DNA of 64,000 nt, from assembly GCA_008690995.1 (NCBI GenBank), contig VRMN01000002.1:2232001-2296000 (forward strand). Reading direction: 5' to 3'. Below are positions 28,558-38,787 of the stretch, piece by piece. The notes below the pieces were generated by a model. The model had not been told where the DNA came from. It saw nothing but the letters and a program-made list of their open reading frames with translations, and searched no databases. How positions within the stretch are numbered: position 1 is the stretch's first letter; each line of letters opens with the position of its first letter. The position numbers and the translations under genes are program-made. This DNA comes from Porphyridium purpureum. Its lineage: Eukaryota.

Positions 28558-30455
28558 TCACGCCGAGCTGGGAGAATCGGTGCTGTCCCTCGCAAACTTC
28601 ATCAGCGGCGACTCCAGGCAGTTATCTTTCATCTGCATCAGAAAATCTTGCGGAATCACAGCACTTCCAAAGCGATCCTGTCGCAGCGTGAAAGGCGCGT
28701 CCGTGGTGTGAAGTGGATCTTGGAGCACGTGCTCACCTCCTGTGCGATGATGATGGTAATGGGGTGGGCGCGAGACCGAGTTCTTGGGCATGTGGCTCTG
28801 CGATTCGTTCGACCCAGACCCCAAACCAGAGCCGGGGCCAGAGCCGGAGCCAGAGCCGGATCCCGAGCCGGAGCCGGAGCCGGAGCCGGAGCCCTGTACT
28901 TCAGACTCGGTCACCGGGGTCGCGGACATCATTCTCGGATGTATCGCATTCTGCGCACGATGCTGCTTGTGATGCCTCTGCTGCTGCGTGTTCACATGCT
29001 TGGACACTGACACATGCGTTGGGCCGGAGCGTTTGACCGGCGCGTCTACTGGGCCGGTCTTCGTCTGGCTTGGCCCCATGCATCGCTCAATCTGTTGCAT
29101 GATAGCCGGTGTTACGGGCGACATTGGTGCAAAGCTTCGGGCGTCAACGCCCGTAGGATGCACACTCATGTCAAACTCTTCAAACACAGACGAAGCAATG
29201 TTCGACAGATTCTGTTCCGACACGGGGATTGCCCGGCCGCCATATACTGCATATGAAAACCCAGGTTGCTGCGACACTGGCGTATGCGCGTGCTGCTGCA
29301 TATTTCGGTTCGCATACATGGAAGCAGATTCCAAGTGAGACAGGTTCGGGCTTCCAGACTGCGTGGGCTTCCCATTCTGCGCCGTCGGAAGGACACTTGA
29401 GGTGGTAAATGTACCTGCCGGTGCATGCCCTGTCGGCACGAACCCAACCATGCTTCCTGAGCGCACGGCACGCTCTTGTGTCATCCACTGACTCACCTGA
29501 ACCGGATCCATGCGGAAAAAGTGCGCGAGTCTGCGCTCGCTCGCCACATCCATCGAAGGATTGGCGATGAACGCGCCTTGCAACGCCATCAGCTGATCAG
29601 AATGGAAATGAAACATGGGAACCCCATACTGCGCTTGCGGCATGCGCGACTGCTGGCGATGCTGATCGTGAGGGGAATGCGCTTGCTTTTGCGATAGCTC
29701 CATTGGAAGCGGCGGGGGATACGACGGCAACTGTTGCGCTTGCTTCTGCTTATTCAGATGCACTTGCAACTGCGGCTGCAGATCCTGAGCTTGACCTGCG
29801 CCGCGCAGTGGCGGCGAAGCGTTCGGCGACGGTCGCTCGCTGCCTTGTGCGAGAATTGGACTCGGAGCCGGGCTGCCCGCCACGCTACTTCCGCCTCGCG
29901 CAGAACCATAGGTGGACGCAGTGCTGCCCTTCTGGCCAGACTTGCTCATCGCGCGACGCTTGTGCTTGAACCACAGCCTGATCTGCGTCTCACTGAGCGT
30001 TCCAATGACCTCCTGCAGATGAGCCATCTCGTCGCGGCTCGAGTACGGATTGTTTGCAAAACTGGCCTCCAGATGCGCGAGCTCAGCCGGCGTGCGGCGC
30101 TGCGGCTGCGACTCGCCTTTAAACTGACCGAGTCGCACAAGAGACTCGCGACGGTGCTGGAACCACTTGCTAACACGTGGTCGCGGAACATTCAGGTGGT
30201 CGGCCATCGCTTCCTTCTCCTCGACCGATGGGTACGAATTCTTCTCAAATTCGCCGAGCAAGTAGCTCTTCTGCTCCACGGTAGGCTTCCAGCGCGCCTG
30301 CTTGGCCCCTTCGCCCAAGGCAGACGACTGGTTGTCGCCCGACATCATGGAATCGGCGTCACGCGTCGCACTGCCGACTGCCGGGTTTGGCGCCCTGACC
30401 AGCGCTGGAGAAACCCTGGCCATTTTCTGCGGAGGCAGCACTTGCGGCGTGCGTG

Positions 30456-30500
<45 letters not shown>

Positions 30501-31170
30501 GCTGATGACTTTGTTGGTGGCGTATATGCGGCTGCTCCTGCCAGAGGACCGCCTCTCCCCGTTGTTTTTGCCGCGAGGTTATGTCCAACGCGTGACCCGC
30601 GAGAGGATCTGCAGCACGAGTGCGTTTCCCCAACTTGCTTTTTTCGCCCGCAGTGTCCTTGCCCGCAGACTGTCCGCGCGCAAAACTGCTTAAATCCGAG
30701 CTGCTGTCTGGCTTGGCAGCTGCTTGATGCCTCGCCACGCCTGGTTTGCTTCCGGTCGCCGATGGAAACATGTGCGCTGAAGGTGGGAACACGGACGTGC
30801 CCGCTGCTTGCTCGCCCGTCGCTGCCCGCACGTTCTTCTGCTGTTGCCCTTGCTGCTGCTCCTCTTCACTCGACGGCGGCGCCGTCATACCCGTATTGAA
30901 AGTGTCGGAGCACGTAATGTAAGCGGAGATAAGCTCATCTTCCTCGCTGCCGCCCGCGCGCATGGTGGACGACGACACGCCAAGACCTTGCGCGCCAGGT
31001 ATGCTCGCCTTGGACATCCCGCTCGACGCCACGCGGGGCGTCGGCAGTGGAATGCCCACCATGTTCAGCGCGTCGACATCGCCACTGCTCGCATCCTCGC
31101 GCAGCACGAGCTCGCTGTACTCGCCCACGCCCTCCATGTCGAACATGATTTCTTCCGCCGGGCTCTCCAT
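28558..31170 (-). CDS. Multi-homeodomain transcription factor with polyQ and (GS)n tracts
   Basis: HD1 [25 protein letters not shown]....[11 protein letters not shown]2 [10 protein letters not shown]...[10 protein letters not shown]; degenerate HD3 [13 protein letters not shown]...QVSQWM. Likely start MESPAEE at 31170. Confidence 0.85.
28812..28893 (-). repeat. (Gly-Ser)n coding hexamer repeat
   Basis: gagccggagccg... encoding [26 protein letters not shown]. Confidence 0.85.
30458..30499 (-). repeat. (CAG)n polyglutamine tract
   Basis: Uninterrupted tgc/ctg run on the plus strand encoding polyQ. Confidence 0.9.
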
Positions 31171-32172
31171 CGTGTCGACGGGAGCTCCGGCCCTTTCCGA
31201 CGGGTGTCGAACCGACCCCCACCCAACCCGTTGCACCACCCAAGCGTCTTTCACGAACCCGCCAAACACATTCCCCTCCCTGCTCCCCTTCCTCCCTTTC
31301 GCACGCGGCGCAGCACAACTCCCACCTACACTTCTATCTCTATCTCCCCTTCCCTTCACTTCGTCACAAGCGCCCTCCCCTGCTTTCCTTCGCACCTTCA
31401 CACACACACACACGCCGCAACACACCAAACAAAGAGCCTTCCCTTCAATCTTATCTACAAATATCACCGCCTCCCATCAAGGACTCCACCGTCTTTCCCT
31501 CCCTGAAACACAATCAATCTCCTATACGGCGCCGCATTCGCCCTCCGGCCTTCCTTCTTTTTCCTCGACTGTGCGTGGCGACGTGAGAAGAGTCCAAAAG
31601 TCCACGCCAGCACTCCACTGCGCCCACACGCCGAAAAGCAGGCCTTTTACATACGAAGCGCAAGATGTGTGGCATGTGCAAGCCGCCTCCGGAGTTGAAC
31701 CCAAAAATAAGCCGCATACGGCTGTCAATCCGCGCCGAAAAATCGCTCCGGTGTCTCCACGCGCGTTTTTGGGATTTTCTACATACGAAACTCGGTGCGC
31801 CTTGCACTCCTCCTCACTCGCGTGGGTGAGCGCGGTGTGCTTCCACGCGACAAGGTGCACCACGTCAGCTGACATTGCGCCCTGTACTTCGTCCAACATT
31901 TGTAGATGTACAGTGAGACTGTACGTCTTTCCCTCGCCTGCCGTATCGGTTTATTGGCTTAATGGTTTACAGGTGGGTATTGGGTTGTTGGCGATTCCCG
32001 GATTGAGACGTGTGTGGTTGGTGCGCGGGGGTGGCGACAGCGGGAGTGGGACACACAGGCGCGCGTGTGTGGACACACACAAACACACAGAGAGAATCGC
32101 AGACGCAGATAGAGACGCACGCACGGTGTGGGTAAGGGCGTGCGTGGACGGCACGCAGAGTTCTGCGCGGAA

Positions 32173-33252
32173 ATGGGGTGGTTTAGCAAACAGCCGGCGT
32201 CCGACGACGCGCCAGAGGCAGAGAAAGGCGCCGCGACCGCGCAGGACGCCGCGAAGAAGGTCCCGCCCGCCGCAAAGGTCGAGCACGGCTTCAAGCAGTT
32301 TAAACAGGACCCGGCTCGCTTCGCGCAAGAGACAGCAGAGGAGGAGGCGAATTACGTGCTCGAGGCGCTCAAAAAGCTGCAGGGGAACATTCATTTCTCG
32401 CAGGAGGACATTGGCCCGGCCATCGGGCAGCTGAGTATCGGCAGTCTGGGCGGGTTTGCCGCCGGGTTTGCGCTCAAGCGTATTGGCAAGCTGGCGGCGT
32501 TTGGGATCGGCACAGTGTTTGTCATCATGCAGGGCTTGTCGTACACAGGATACGTGCACATCAACTGGCGCGCAATTGAGCGAGACTACGTGCGGCTTGC
32601 AGATCTGGATGGCGACGGCACGGTGACCGGGCGGGACGCAGAGCTCGCTGCCGATCGGCTGGCGCACATGGTCAAGCACAACATTCCGTCCGGCGTCGGG
32701 TTCACCATGGGTATGCTCACGGGCATGGGCTCGTCTGCGGGTACCGCCGGCAAGGCCGGGCTCGTGTACGCAGTCGGCGCGAGGCTGCTGCTGACCCGGC
32801 TCGCTATGGCCGGCGCCGGAGGCGTCGCGACCGTGGGTTTGCCGGGCATCCTGGTGGATATCCAGGAAAAAATGGGTTGGCGGACCAGCCACGATGTCAG
32901 TATTCAAAAGGAGGATATTTTTTGGGAAACGCTGCAGCACATTAACGACAAGAAGGCACTGAAGAGCATGAAGGATTCGATAGATGTGGAGATGAAGGTC
33001 ATTCGAAAGACGCTCGACGAGCGGGTGGCCAAGATGGACGAAAAGAAGCAAATGCTAGACGACTTGTTTGCGCAGGATGATTGGGAGCCCGCGGACCGCG
33101 CGTCAGTCGACAATTTGCAGGAAAGCATGCACAGTAAGATTGCGCGGGAGAGGCGCCTCACAGAAGAGGAGATTGCCGAAGTGAAGAAAAAATGGGACGC
33201 CGTGGAGGAGCGCCTTCAGCAGGTTCGCGGAAGCAGCTGGTGGCCGTTCTGA
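32173..33252 (+). CDS. FUN14-domain membrane protein with EF-hand-like loop and C-terminal coiled coil
   Basis: QLSIGSLGGFAAGFALKRIGKLAAFGIG..F...Q.L.Y.GY..INW is the FUN14 signature. Also DLDGDGTVTGRD loop and an E/K-rich C-terminus. Confidence 0.85.
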   Translation: MGWFSKQPASDDAPEAEKGAATAQDAAKKVPPAAKVEHGFKQFKQDPARFAQETAEEEANYVLEALKKLQGNIHFSQEDIGPAIGQLSIGSLGGFAAGFALKRIGKLAAFGIGTVFVIMQGLSYTGYVHINWRAIERDYVRLADLDGDGTVTGRDAELAADRLAHMVKHNIPSGVGFTMGMLTGMGSSAGTAGKAGLVYAVGARLLLTRLAMAGAGGVATVGLPGILVDIQEKMGWRTSHDVSIQKEDIFWETLQHINDKKALKSMKDSIDVEMKVIRKTLDERVAKMDEKKQMLDDLFAQDDWEPADRASVDNLQESMHSKIARERRLTEEEIAEVKKKWDAVEERLQQVRGSSWWPF

Positions 33253-33337
33253 GAGGGAATTGCGGATTGACGACACCACGTGTCGTTCCATGCGGACCCG
33301 ATCAGTTGTAAAGCCGCACCCTTTTTTGATTTGCAAT

Positions 33338-34675
33338 TCACACATCGTAACCAAAATACGCGTACGATTCGAGTTCCTCTTCCTGCATGGGAATATTGCG
33401 GTACTTTTCCGTCCAGTTCACGTTGCTCACAAAATCGGCCACAATCTGAGTTTTGAACATATTAAACATGGTGGCCTCCTTCTCGGAATGTGCGTACACC
33501 GGGCGTGTCGCATTTGCACCAAGACAGCCGGCCCAGCGGTTGATCTTGTCCACTTCCGCGCTCAGGTTTTTGACTAGGTCCTGATACTTGACATGCACCA
33601 CGGGGATATTGCGGTCCAGCAAATACTGGTATCCAAACGCAAGCGTGCGCATGCGATTCATCAAGTCCTTGCTACACCGCGAATGCGTCAAGAATAGAAA
33701 CGCCACGCGAAGGCCGTCGCGGTCGACGAGCTGCTCCACCATTTGCTCCACCTTGCCTAAGAAAGGCGGCGACTTGTCGATGCGGAAGCAAGAGTCATTG
33801 TTCCACCATCGAGACGCATACTGATCCAGCACATCGGTGCGAAAGTCTTCTGGAAATACGCCAGACTCCCAGCGCCTCGGAAAGAGCGCTTTCGGGATCA
33901 CCATCTTGAGCCCTTCGCAATTAGACTTGGATGGGCTCAATAGCTCGCAAAGATGCGTAGCATTCGGGGAGCTGAGCATCACTCGGTGCATGGCACTCGT
34001 GCCAGAGAATGGAACGCCCATGACAAATAAATATATCTTCTGCTGCGCTTCCTGCTGTGCGCACTCGGAGCACCAAGACTCTGGAATTGGGACCATGCCG
34101 GGTTGGTTCGACTTGGCTTCCGTCCATGGATCGTCGATTCGGACGCACGTTTTGCCTCTGCTCTTCGAGTACGCATCCACCCGATCGCGCTGTGCAGCAG
34201 TCAGCAAATCTCTCACGAGAATGTTCCTTTTCGTGCGTTTGTGCTCTCTGCGTCTTTGTGACAAGTCTTCTCGTGCCTTGCTCCACGATTCGTTTGGCGG
34301 TAGCTGGTGCGTCACCGGTGGTATTTCTGAACCTCTCCGTCCTCGTTCTTCTTCGTGGTTGTGCTCCTGTCGCTTTTGCCGTTTTTGTTGTTGTTCTTGT
34401 TGCTGCTGCGGCTGCTGCTGACCGTCATTCCGCACTGCGACTCCAGTAGCTGTTGAAGCCTTGTCGGCTATATCTTGGACATGGACATTAAATGTGAAAC
34501 CGGACTCGCGCGTGTTGGTCACGGATACCATAAGGCGCACGTCACGCGAGCTGGTGCGCCAGATGCGCCACAACAGAAGGAGAAACAAGACGCCTGTGGC
34601 AATCCATACCGACCAGCGGATCATGACGCCTGGCACGCGCCGAGGCTGCGCCGGTATTGCGGGTACCTGGCTCAT
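33338..34675 (-). CDS. Type II membrane sulfotransferase-like protein
   Basis: N-terminal TM (VWIATGVLFLLLLW), stem with polyQ, PAPS-binding-like loop YLFVMGVPFSGTSAM, IDKSP, VHVKYQDLV. Confidence 0.7.
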   Translation of the reverse strand: MSQVPAIPAQPRRVPGVMIRWSVWIATGVLFLLLLWRIWRTSSRDVRLMVSVTNTRESGFTFNVHVQDIADKASTATGVAVRNDGQQQPQQQQEQQQKRQKRQEHNHEEERGRRGSEIPPVTHQLPPNESWSKAREDLSQRRREHKRTKRNILVRDLLTAAQRDRVDAYSKSRGKTCVRIDDPWTEAKSNQPGMVPIPESWCSECAQQEAQQKIYLFVMGVPFSGTSAMHRVMLSSPNATHLCELLSPSKSNCEGLKMVIPKALFPRRWESGVFPEDFRTDVLDQYASRWWNNDSCFRIDKSPPFLGKVEQMVEQLVDRDGLRVAFLFLTHSRCSKDLMNRMRTLAFGYQYLLDRNIPVVHVKYQDLVKNLSAEVDKINRWAGCLGANATRPVYAHSEKEATMFNMFKTQIVADFVSNVNWTEKYRNIPMQEEELESYAYFGYDV

Positions 34676-35550
34676 TCCGGGCAGGGTCCCCGACGCGCTC
34701 GAATCAATAGGAGGTCTCCGGCAATCCCGGGTCGCCGGATCCACCGTACAGGCAAACAATTCAGTGCCTTGCACCGGCGGCTCGAGCGCAGCACAGAACT
34801 AGGCATACGCTAGCGATACAAGCTCGTCTCTTTGGTAGCAGTTCAGAAACGAATAGATGTGAAGCGTTCAAAGACGTGTGCACTCAATCCTACGTTCCGC
34901 CAAAGCCTGATGACTGGATGATCCTTGATCCAGGTCCAGGAGTTCGACGTGGTGTCACTCGTGATCGTGGCGTCCTATTCATCAACGGTCGTTGCGAAAG
35001 TGTCAGGCTCGTTCGCCGCCCAGTCTACACTGCTTCCCGCGTGTGACAAGCCATATACGAGGTCGGCCGTAGGCACACCAACGACCATCACACACTAGCA
35101 TTTGCTGCCGCGCTCCGCAGTCTGCCCGGCTTTGTGGAACCCGGCTAATTGTGACCATGTCGCGGGTGCCTTCTGTTGGCTCCGGGGCGTGAGCCACCAG
35201 GGAAAGGAGAGAACGGGAAGGGATGAGATACCGTTTAGTGTATTACTGCGGCATTTCGTTGAGTTGCTGAGAACGCTGGTCAAAGCTCGCTTCCACATGC
35301 TATCACTCCGCAGCTCTCGACTTGCGTTCGCCTCCTGCGAAAGGCAGCCGAACGAAGCGGTCAAGTGCCATCTTTGTTTTCCGAAATGTCCCTATGGCTG
35401 GACTCCCAGAAATGCCTCGTGCGCCACTGCGTCATTCGCTGATCTCCATGCCTCTGGACTCTACATTTCTTGTAGCAAATAGCCCTTCCCTTTCACCTTG
35501 ACAGGTCTGCCGGCGAGTCTACTCTCTTGCAGGGCTCGGGCGCGATCGAC

Positions 35551-36453
35551 ATGAATGAGCGCGAACGAGGGAAAATGTTGAGGCGCGTCTTCCCCGAGCA
35601 ATACTATGCCGCGTTTTTGTCGCGAGATTTGCGGAGCGACGGCCGCGCTCTAGATCGAACCGTTCAAACGTCTCTGCGGCGGAAATGGAGCTTGTCTCGC
35701 GCTGACAGCAGCGGCGACGGCGACGGCGTGCACCAATCGCTAGGCTCGGTCCTACTGAAAGCGGGTAACACGATGATGCTTGCGCTTGTATCGGCCAGCG
35801 GTGTGGCAGCAGGCGTGGCGAGCTGCGAATGCGTACTGGACATGGGTCCCATTTGCTCGCCATACGTGTTGCGGGGTTCGTCGCACGCCTTGGATGCTGC
35901 CGTGGTTGCGCGGCAGGTATCAGAGATGCTTTGCTCGACGGTGGACCTGGAACAGCTCGTGATCATCAAGGACGTGCTGGCATGGAGTGTGCGCGTCGAC
36001 GTGCACGTCATCAACTACGATGGGAACCTGCTCGATGCGACCGGACTAGCCGCTCTTGCGGCGCTGCAAAGAGCGCGTCTGCCCGAGCTCACGCCACTTC
36101 ACGCACCGCACAACGACGACGACACCCCAATCCCGCATCCGCCAGGAATCGGACAGCCACTAATGCGTGCGTCTGCAGAGCGGCAGGTGCGGATTCCTCT
36201 ACGTTCCAAAGCGCGCATCATGCCGTGCTCGTTTGTCGTGATCGGAGACAAGCTTCTCATGGACCCCACAGGGGAGGAGGAGCGTGTAAGTGATGCGGCG
36301 CTGTGCGTACAAGTCGACGAAACAGGCGCCCTGTGCAAGGTTTCAAAATATGGCGGTGCCGTTGTGTCCGACGAGATGTTGCAAGAGTGTATTTCTGCGG
36401 CGTGCGGAGAGGTGAACGGCTGGGTCAAGCTGCTGGACGAGGATGACGCTTGA
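35551..36453 (+). CDS. RRP43: Exosome complex component RRP43 (RNase PH-like)
   Basis: RRVFPEQYY..FL....RSDGR, LGSVLLKAGNT, DLEQLVI....AW...DV.VINYDGNL.DA, DPTGEEE. A pyrimidine-rich TTGCAG ending at 35532 hints at an upstream intron. Confidence 0.88.
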   Translation: MNERERGKMLRRVFPEQYYAAFLSRDLRSDGRALDRTVQTSLRRKWSLSRADSSGDGDGVHQSLGSVLLKAGNTMMLALVSASGVAAGVASCECVLDMGPICSPYVLRGSSHALDAAVVARQVSEMLCSTVDLEQLVIIKDVLAWSVRVDVHVINYDGNLLDATGLAALAALQRARLPELTPLHAPHNDDDTPIPHPPGIGQPLMRASAERQVRIPLRSKARIMPCSFVVIGDKLLMDPTGEEERVSDAALCVQVDETGALCKVSKYGGAVVSDEMLQECISAACGEVNGWVKLLDEDDA

Positions 36454-36540
36454 AGCCTTTTGGTTTTGTCTGGTTGTTTCGTGTTGAGAATGGTGTCTCG
36501 TTCATTGCGTGTAAATTATATTTCAAGAAAGGCCAATGTC

Positions 36541-37047
36541 TCACTTGAGGTCAAGTACATCCTGTTTGGCGGGATTAGCGACTTGCTCCAAGCCCGGCGG
36601 TGAACGTCTCTGCGCGGGATTCCACGCGCTTATCTTGTCAGGCGCGCGGCCGTGGAACATCTTCGACAGCGGGCTGTATGGCGAGATGTACCTGTTCTCA
36701 GTTCCGGTCAGGTTGGCCGTGACGGCGCCCTGATACGTCGGGTCCGGCGTGCTCGCCGTGTTTCCGGGCTCGTCACTCACGTAACTGATCCAAGCGTGCC
36801 AGCGCGGCGGGACCTGCACCGCGTCAAACGTAATATGACGCTGCCCCGCGTATTCAACCCACCGGTGGCGCCCCCAGGTCTCGTGTGGGTTTTCAAAGTA
36901 GCGGTTCCCGAACTCGTCCTCGCCCACCATGTACTTGTGCGAGCCAAACTTGCCCATCTTAATCGCACGGACGGTGCCCCACAGGCCACGCCACTTTGCC
37001 TCCGCCAGCAGTTCCGCGGGCCTTACATATTTCAGGTAGCTCGCCAT
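36541..37047 (-). CDS. NDUFA12: NADH:ubiquinone oxidoreductase subunit NDUFA12 (B17.2)
   Basis: VGEDEFGNRYFE, GRHRWVEY, VPPRWHAWI, NLTGT, WNP. Confidence 0.93.
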   Translation of the reverse strand: MASYLKYVRPAELLAEAKWRGLWGTVRAIKMGKFGSHKYMVGEDEFGNRYFENPHETWGRHRWVEYAGQRHITFDAVQVPPRWHAWISYVSDEPGNTASTPDPTYQGAVTANLTGTENRYISPYSPLSKMFHGRAPDKISAWNPAQRRSPPGLEQVANPAKQDVLDLK

Positions 37048-37263
37048 GCCGTCAGCCTTGCAGTGTTGCACGCCGGAGAGTCGAGCTGCGTCGGTCGTCG
37101 CTTGGTGCTCACGGCAACACCACACCCAGACACCCACCCACGCCCCACCGCTTCGTTCGAGCTCGGCGTGCGCTCTTGGCGGTTGTGGGACGGATTGCGC
37201 TCTTAAAAGCATAGTCAAACAGACCCGTTTTACTAGAAAATCATCATCTGAGGGTTGGCTCGC

Positions 37264-38520
37264 TCAGTACACGAAAGGAAGGAGTCGGGCAGGCACGGCC
37301 TGACAGTATTGCTCCCACAGCGCGCCATACTTGGCCGAGCACTTCTCGTGGTCGCGCATTTCGCGGTGCAGCAGCAGCAGCAAGAGATAGATAAAGTAAA
37401 AGTACGCCCATGCGTTTGTCATGCCGCAAGGCAAGCTGTACGAAATCGCCAGCAGGAGGTCGCCCAGAAAGTTGATCTTGCGTGCCCATCCCCAGTACCC
37501 ACTCGCAAGCAGCTTGCCGCCAATCAAGACGGGCGGTTTGCCCCAGATTGGCCGCTCCGGGTCTTCCTTGAACGCGTGCTTCTGCGAATTCGCGCCGCGG
37601 AAAAGCGTGTACCCAAGCACGGCCGTGCACAGCGTGGCGCCCATTTCGATGAGCGGCCACGCCCTCAGGTTGTTCAGCAGGAACAGGTTTTGCAGCGAGA
37701 AACAAAACGTGGTAAATGCAAGGTCGCCCCAAACCAACATGAGCCCAAAATTTTCCGCGATAATGTCCCACGTGAATACCATCTTGCGTTCGTTCAAAAA
37801 GTAATCAAACACATACCAACCCGTGAGCAGCTGGTACGCAGCCATGCGAGCAGTGATTTCGCCGTGCTCCGCATACTGCAGGAAAAGGAACGACAGATTC
37901 ACCAGCTGCCAGCCGTTGAGCGCCGGGCGGTACGCAAAGAATTTGACGTCCAGCCCCAGGACGTGCGGGTTTAGCTCAGTTCCAATCACAAAGTCGTGCA
38001 CGAGGCCGTGCTGAACAAACCAGTTTCGTCGCTTGTACGCCTGTCCGATAACGAACAAGTAGATCGCAAACGCCAAGCTAAACAAAGATACCGTGGCGAA
38101 GAAGGTCCAAAAATGACGCGCCACAAAGGTCACGTCCAGCACGCCAGTCCTGCCAGCCATGACAAAGGCGGCACTGGTCACAAGGTGAATGAGCAAGCCG
38201 TTGCACTTGTACGTGAGCCGCGAGCCGTCCGCGAGCCGCGCTCCTTTCTGGCTATACCCGGGCAACAGGACGCCAAGAACAACCAACCACAGCAGATAGG
38301 TCAAGTACACCATCAGCACCGTCCAACTCGGCTTTGGAAGGTGCTGCAGTGCGTGCGCCACGCTGCGCGGGACCCAGAACTGCGTCTCGCGCCATAACAC
38401 CCACACGATACACGCCCACAGGACAAGGTATCCCACCCACCACCGACGCACACGCGCTGTTGATGCCGCGGCTGCTGCGGCTGCTGCTTCCGCTGCGGAT
38501 CCCGCCGCCGTCGCCACCAT
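37264..38520 (-). CDS. ERG24: Delta14-sterol reductase (ERG24/FACKEL/LBR family)
   Basis: LADGSRLTYKCNG, GTELNP, DVKFF, TWDIIAENFG.ML.WGDL, FRGANSQK..FK, LLASGYWG.ARKINF.GD, KYGALWEQYC. Confidence 0.88.
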   Translation of the reverse strand: MVATAAGSAAEAAAAAAAASTARVRRWWVGYLVLWACIVWVLWRETQFWVPRSVAHALQHLPKPSWTVLMVYLTYLLWLVVLGVLLPGYSQKGARLADGSRLTYKCNGLLIHLVTSAAFVMAGRTGVLDVTFVARHFWTFFATVSLFSLAFAIYLFVIGQAYKRRNWFVQHGLVHDFVIGTELNPHVLGLDVKFFAYRPALNGWQLVNLSFLFLQYAEHGEITARMAAYQLLTGWYVFDYFLNERKMVFTWDIIAENFGLMLVWGDLAFTTFCFSLQNLFLLNNLRAWPLIEMGATLCTAVLGYTLFRGANSQKHAFKEDPERPIWGKPPVLIGGKLLASGYWGWARKINFLGDLLLAISYSLPCGMTNAWAYFYFIYLLLLLLHREMRDHEKCSAKYGALWEQYCQAVPARLLPFVY

Positions 38521-38787
38521 CGTCTTGGAAAGAGCGGCGCCTGATGACAGGAACTGAACACACGGAAACACGCGTTCACGTGACGCCCCTCTTGCTGCTG
38601 CAAATGGTTGACAGGCGAGCTCGATTGGCTCCTCACGCACATTCACATGTTTACTTTCCAGACCCCGATTTCAACAAGGCAGTGGAAAAGAAGGGCTAAG
38701 GACAACAGACTGCCGGCTACACAGGGACGGATCGATTACAGGGGTTGGGCTCCTTTAGTTTCGGTTTTCACGCTTGTGTCAGAACAA

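Noticed and set aside
30962..32434. 490-aa plus-strand ORF and similar long shadow ORFs (31951-33051, 59241-60497, 55427-56374, 47145-48077)
   Set aside because: Antisense or off-frame to well-supported genes, or running through low-complexity leaders; typical of GC-rich DNA and without motifs.
34907..35005. Hammerhead ribozyme from CTGATGA...GAAA..GTC
   Set aside because: GAAA does not follow the hairpin, and stems I and III do not form.
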